Part shown: piece by piece, positions 52,753-55,455 of the stretch
Layout of the letters: every line of letters starts with the position of its first letter
Numbering within the stretch: the stretch's first letter is position 1
Source of the DNA: Candidatus Aerophobus profundus SCGC AAA252-L23
GTDB taxonomy: Bacteria > Aerophobota > Aerophobia > Aerophobales > Aerophobaceae
Length of the DNA stretch: 55,455 nucleotides
Assembly (NCBI GenBank): GCA_000402295.1
Contig: AQRW01000190.1
Coordinates: 1-55,455 of the forward strand
Direction of reading: 5' to 3'
Made by a program: the position numbers and the translations under genes
The notes under the pieces: generated by a model
Database searches by the model: none
What the model was told of the DNA's origin: nothing
What the model saw: the letters and a program-made list of their open reading frames with translations, nothing else

Positions 52753-55116
52753 ATGGTGAAGAATGAGCGTACTCAACGATTAAAGGGACGGCTATTACAT
52801 ACCCGTCCCGAGGTTGAGAGCGAAAGAGCCCGGCTGCTTACCCAAAGTTACCGAGAAACTGAGGGACAACCAACGGTGTTCCGGAGAGCCTTAGCTCTCC
52901 GGAAGATATTGGGGGAAATGTCTATATCTATTAGAGAAGATGAGCTCATTGTGGGTCATCGATCTAACAAACCTCGCAGTGGTCCTCAGTTTCCGGAAAT
53001 GTCCATTGAGTGGATAATTAAGGAACTGGATCGGTTCGAGGCCCGACCAGTTGATAGATTCCTTACCTCCGATGAAGTAAAAAAAGAACTACGGGAAATT
53101 CTGCCCTGGTGGAAAGGAAAAACCGTATGTGATTATGCCTGGCACAATATTCCGGAAGATACTAAGCGTCTAATTGGCAGCCATATCTTTGCAATCGACA
53201 ATAATCTGCTCAATGGGCTGGGACACATTTTGCCCAATTATCAAAAGGCCATTAGTCTGGGTTTCCGTGCTCTAAAAGAACAGGCCCTCTCTCATCTTAA
53301 ACGCCTGGAGTATTTATCAGGGGATGATTTTGAGAAGAGGCATTTTTGGAAGGCGGTGATTATTGTTCTGGAGGCGGCCATTACTTTTGCCCACCGTTAC
53401 GCTGACTTAGCCCGAGAGCTGGCTGACCGCGAAGAGGAGCCCTTACGAAAAAAGGAACTTCTGGAGATATCCCGAATCTGCCGGCGCGTTCCCGCTCATC
53501 CGCCCAGTAGCTTTCGGGAGGCAGTACAAATTTTTTGGTTCCTGCAGTGTATTTGTTTTATTGAATCAGACGGAATGTCCATATCTCCGGGGAGATTCGA
53601 TCAATATATGTATCCCTATTACCAAAAAGATCTCAAAAGAGGTATTCTCACCCGGGGAGAAGCCCGGGAAATACTGGAGTGTCTCTGGATCAAATTCAGC
53701 GAATTAGTAGAGCTGTTCCCGGAAGACTGGGCCTATACGGCCAGTGGCTTTCCTATGGGTCAGAACTTAATTGTAGGAGGACAAACACCCGATGGCCGGG
53801 ATGCTACTAATGAACTTTCCTATCTTTGCCTGGAAGCCGGGGCCAGGATGCAGTTGCCTCAGCCAAACCTATCGGTAAGATTCCATCAGAACTCACCGCT
53901 AAAGTTTCGCCGAAAGGCTGCCGAAGTAATTCGATTGGGCTACGGGCAACCGGCCTGCTTTAACGATGAGATTATCATTCCCGCTCTACTTCGAAGGGGC
54001 ATTCCTTTAAAGGATGCTCGGGATTACGCCGTGGTGGGTTGTGTGGAAATTGCTGTTTCCGGAAAGACAGAAGCCTACTCCAACCCGGCCAACTTAAATC
54101 TTCCCAGAGTGCTGGAAATAACCCTGAACAATGGTCAAGATGTATTTTCTCAGGAAAAAATTGGCCTATCCACCGGTGATCCTCGAGAATTTAGAACTTT
54201 TGAGCAACTATGGGATGCTTTCCGAAAGCAAATGGAGTTATTCGTTTATCATATGGTGGTAGCCAGCAATGCCATTGAGAAAGCCCACGCTGAGCTTGTA
54301 CCCACCCCATTCCTGTCGGTCCTGATCTCAGATTGCCTGGAGAAAGGAAAAGACGTGATTGACGGAGGAGCAATTTACAATTTTTCCAGTCCGCAAGGGA
54401 TAGGTATTGCTAATGTGGCTGATTCTCTGGCGGTAATCAAGAAACTTGTTTTCGAAGAAAAGAAAATTACTATGGTTGAATTGCTGCAAGTCCTCAAAGT
54501 CAATTTTCAGGATCAGGAAAAGCTGAGGCAGATCTTGATAAATAAAGTGCCTAAATACGGCAATGACGATGATTATGTGGATTCGTTAGCTCGAAGGGTC
54601 AGTATACTCTACGGAAAAGAAGTAGAGAAGTACCATAATCCTCGCGGAGGGCAGTTTCAGCCCGGACTTTACTCGGTCTCCATTAATGTACCCATGGGGA
54701 AGCACGTGGGGGCCACCCCTGATGGTCGGAAGGCTCATACCCCCATATCAGATGGAGTCTCGCCGGTACATGGTCTGGATGTCAACGGACCTACGGCAAC
54801 CTGCAAATCGGTCTCTAAGTTAGAGCACATATTGTTTTCCAATGGTACTTTACTTAATCTGAAGTTTCACCCGGAGAACCTGGGGAGTTCTGAAGGAGTG
54901 ATAAAGTTGGTCTTTCTTATGGAGTCGTTTTTTAATCTGGGGGGAATGCATATACAGTTCAACGTGGTCTCGGCCGATACTCTGAGGAAAGCCCAAAAAT
55001 ATCCGGAGAAATACCGAAGTTTGGTAGTTCGAGTTGCTGGTTACAGTGCATATTTCACTGAACTTTATCAGGATCTGCAGGACGACATCATTGCTCGAAC
55101 AGAACATAGATTATAG
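52753..55116 (+). CDS. glycyl radical enzyme, PFL2 family (pyruvate formate-lyase-like/dehydratase-lyase type); substrate not determinable
   Basis: N-terminal ERTQRLK...ERARLLTQSY, catalytic Cys context VVGCVEIA, C-terminal glycyl radical motif VVRVAGYSAYF. Confidence 0.9.
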   Translation: MVKNERTQRLKGRLLHTRPEVESERARLLTQSYRETEGQPTVFRRALALRKILGEMSISIREDELIVGHRSNKPRSGPQFPEMSIEWIIKELDRFEARPVDRFLTSDEVKKELREILPWWKGKTVCDYAWHNIPEDTKRLIGSHIFAIDNNLLNGLGHILPNYQKAISLGFRALKEQALSHLKRLEYLSGDDFEKRHFWKAVIIVLEAAITFAHRYADLARELADREEEPLRKKELLEISRICRRVPAHPPSSFREAVQIFWFLQCICFIESDGMSISPGRFDQYMYPYYQKDLKRGILTRGEAREILECLWIKFSELVELFPEDWAYTASGFPMGQNLIVGGQTPDGRDATNELSYLCLEAGARMQLPQPNLSVRFHQNSPLKFRRKAAEVIRLGYGQPACFNDEIIIPALLRRGIPLKDARDYAVVGCVEIAVSGKTEAYSNPANLNLPRVLEITLNNGQDVFSQEKIGLSTGDPREFRTFEQLWDAFRKQMELFVYHMVVASNAIEKAHAELVPTPFLSVLISDCLEKGKDVIDGGAIYNFSSPQGIGIANVADSLAVIKKLVFEEKKITMVELLQVLKVNFQDQEKLRQILINKVPKYGNDDDYVDSLARRVSILYGKEVEKYHNPRGGQFQPGLYSVSINVPMGKHVGATPDGRKAHTPISDGVSPVHGLDVNGPTATCKSVSKLEHILFSNGTLLNLKFHPENLGSSEGVIKLVFLMESFFNLGGMHIQFNVVSADTLRKAQKYPEKYRSLVVRVAGYSAYFTELYQDLQDDIIARTEHRL

Positions 55117-55156
55117 GCGACTATTCAGCTTGTCCCCATTTTCCATTAAAAATAAT

Positions 55157-55382
55157 GGTAGTGTCAAAAATCTTATAAAAGAATTCCGGGAGAACATTAT
55201 AGATAAAGAAAAAAAGGGATCATGTAGGGGGAGGAAATTATCCTGAATGAAAAGTGGTAGCCGCAAGTTTTAACTTGCGCAAAGAGGTTACGGTAGCCGC
55301 AAGTTTTAAGCTGCGCAAATAAACGCAGGCTAAAGCCTGCGCCTACCAATTACCAAAAGAATAGATTATGTTTGACACTACT
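55157..55382. mobile_element. MITE-like element, copy 2 (about 226 bp, one extra hairpin unit)
   Basis: GGTAGTGTCAAAA...ATGTTTGACACTACT. The interior is nearly identical to copy 1, with a duplicated GGTAGCCGCAAGTTTTAACTTGCGC hairpin. Confidence 0.65.
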
Positions 55383-55455
55383 AACGTGCTTATAAAGGAA
55401 AAGGTTATGCTTCGCTTTTAGTGGATGAGTGCTTAAAAGATGCTAAAAAGGAAAA

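Noticed and set aside
1-55455. A search for tRNA, rRNA, tmRNA or RNase P genes as island integration targets.
   Set aside because: No cloverleaf-compatible or rRNA-like segments were recognised by eye in the intergenic regions. This is a weak negative that tRNAscan or Infernal should confirm.

Overview
55.5-kb window from an unidentified bacterium. A glycyl-radical enzyme suggests an anaerobe, and REP-type repeats are abundant. I recognised no rRNA, tRNA or CRISPR array.

Three blocks:
(1) 1-26.5 kb is a very large surface-glycan locus. By my count it holds about 10 glycosyltransferases, 8 SAM-methyltransferase domains, a B12-type radical SAM gene, a DegT-type sugar aminotransferase, a cupin, a sulfotransferase-like gene, a Wzy/O-antigen-ligase-family membrane protein, an ATP-grasp enzyme and a DUF3473-type polysaccharide deacetylase. 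Several of these genes carry a nonsense codon, a frameshift or no canonical start.
(2) 26.5-43.8 kb is a mosaic toxin-antitoxin (TA) and IS island inserted into that locus. It holds six HicAB-type pairs, two DUF433/DUF5615 pairs, AbiEi/AbiEii, BrnT/BrnA and three decayed RelE-like modules. It also holds a complete IS21-family element with a target-site duplication inside a toxin gene, a solo IS21 end, a transposase fragment, many TA deletion scars and several dispersed repeat families.
(3) 43.8-55.4 kb starts with the rest of the glycan locus: a CapD/PglF-like dehydratase, VanZ and an initiating phosphoglycosyl transferase. These are followed by a tyrosine-recombinase remnant, a MITE-like element (second copy at the window end), tandem paralogous ABC permeases plus a single-NBD ATPase, gpsA, a PIN toxin and a PFL2-family glycyl radical enzyme with no activase in view.

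Most notable structures:
- two independent cases of cargo DNA bracketed by long diverged direct repeats, a Campbell-type integration signature;
- an exactly reconstructable IS21 insertion;
- a 190-bp promoter/leader cassette shared by two unrelated TA operons;
- loss falling preferentially on toxins rather than antitoxins.

All coordinates, repeat identities and motif calls were made by eye from the sequence and the ORF track. No database search was run.
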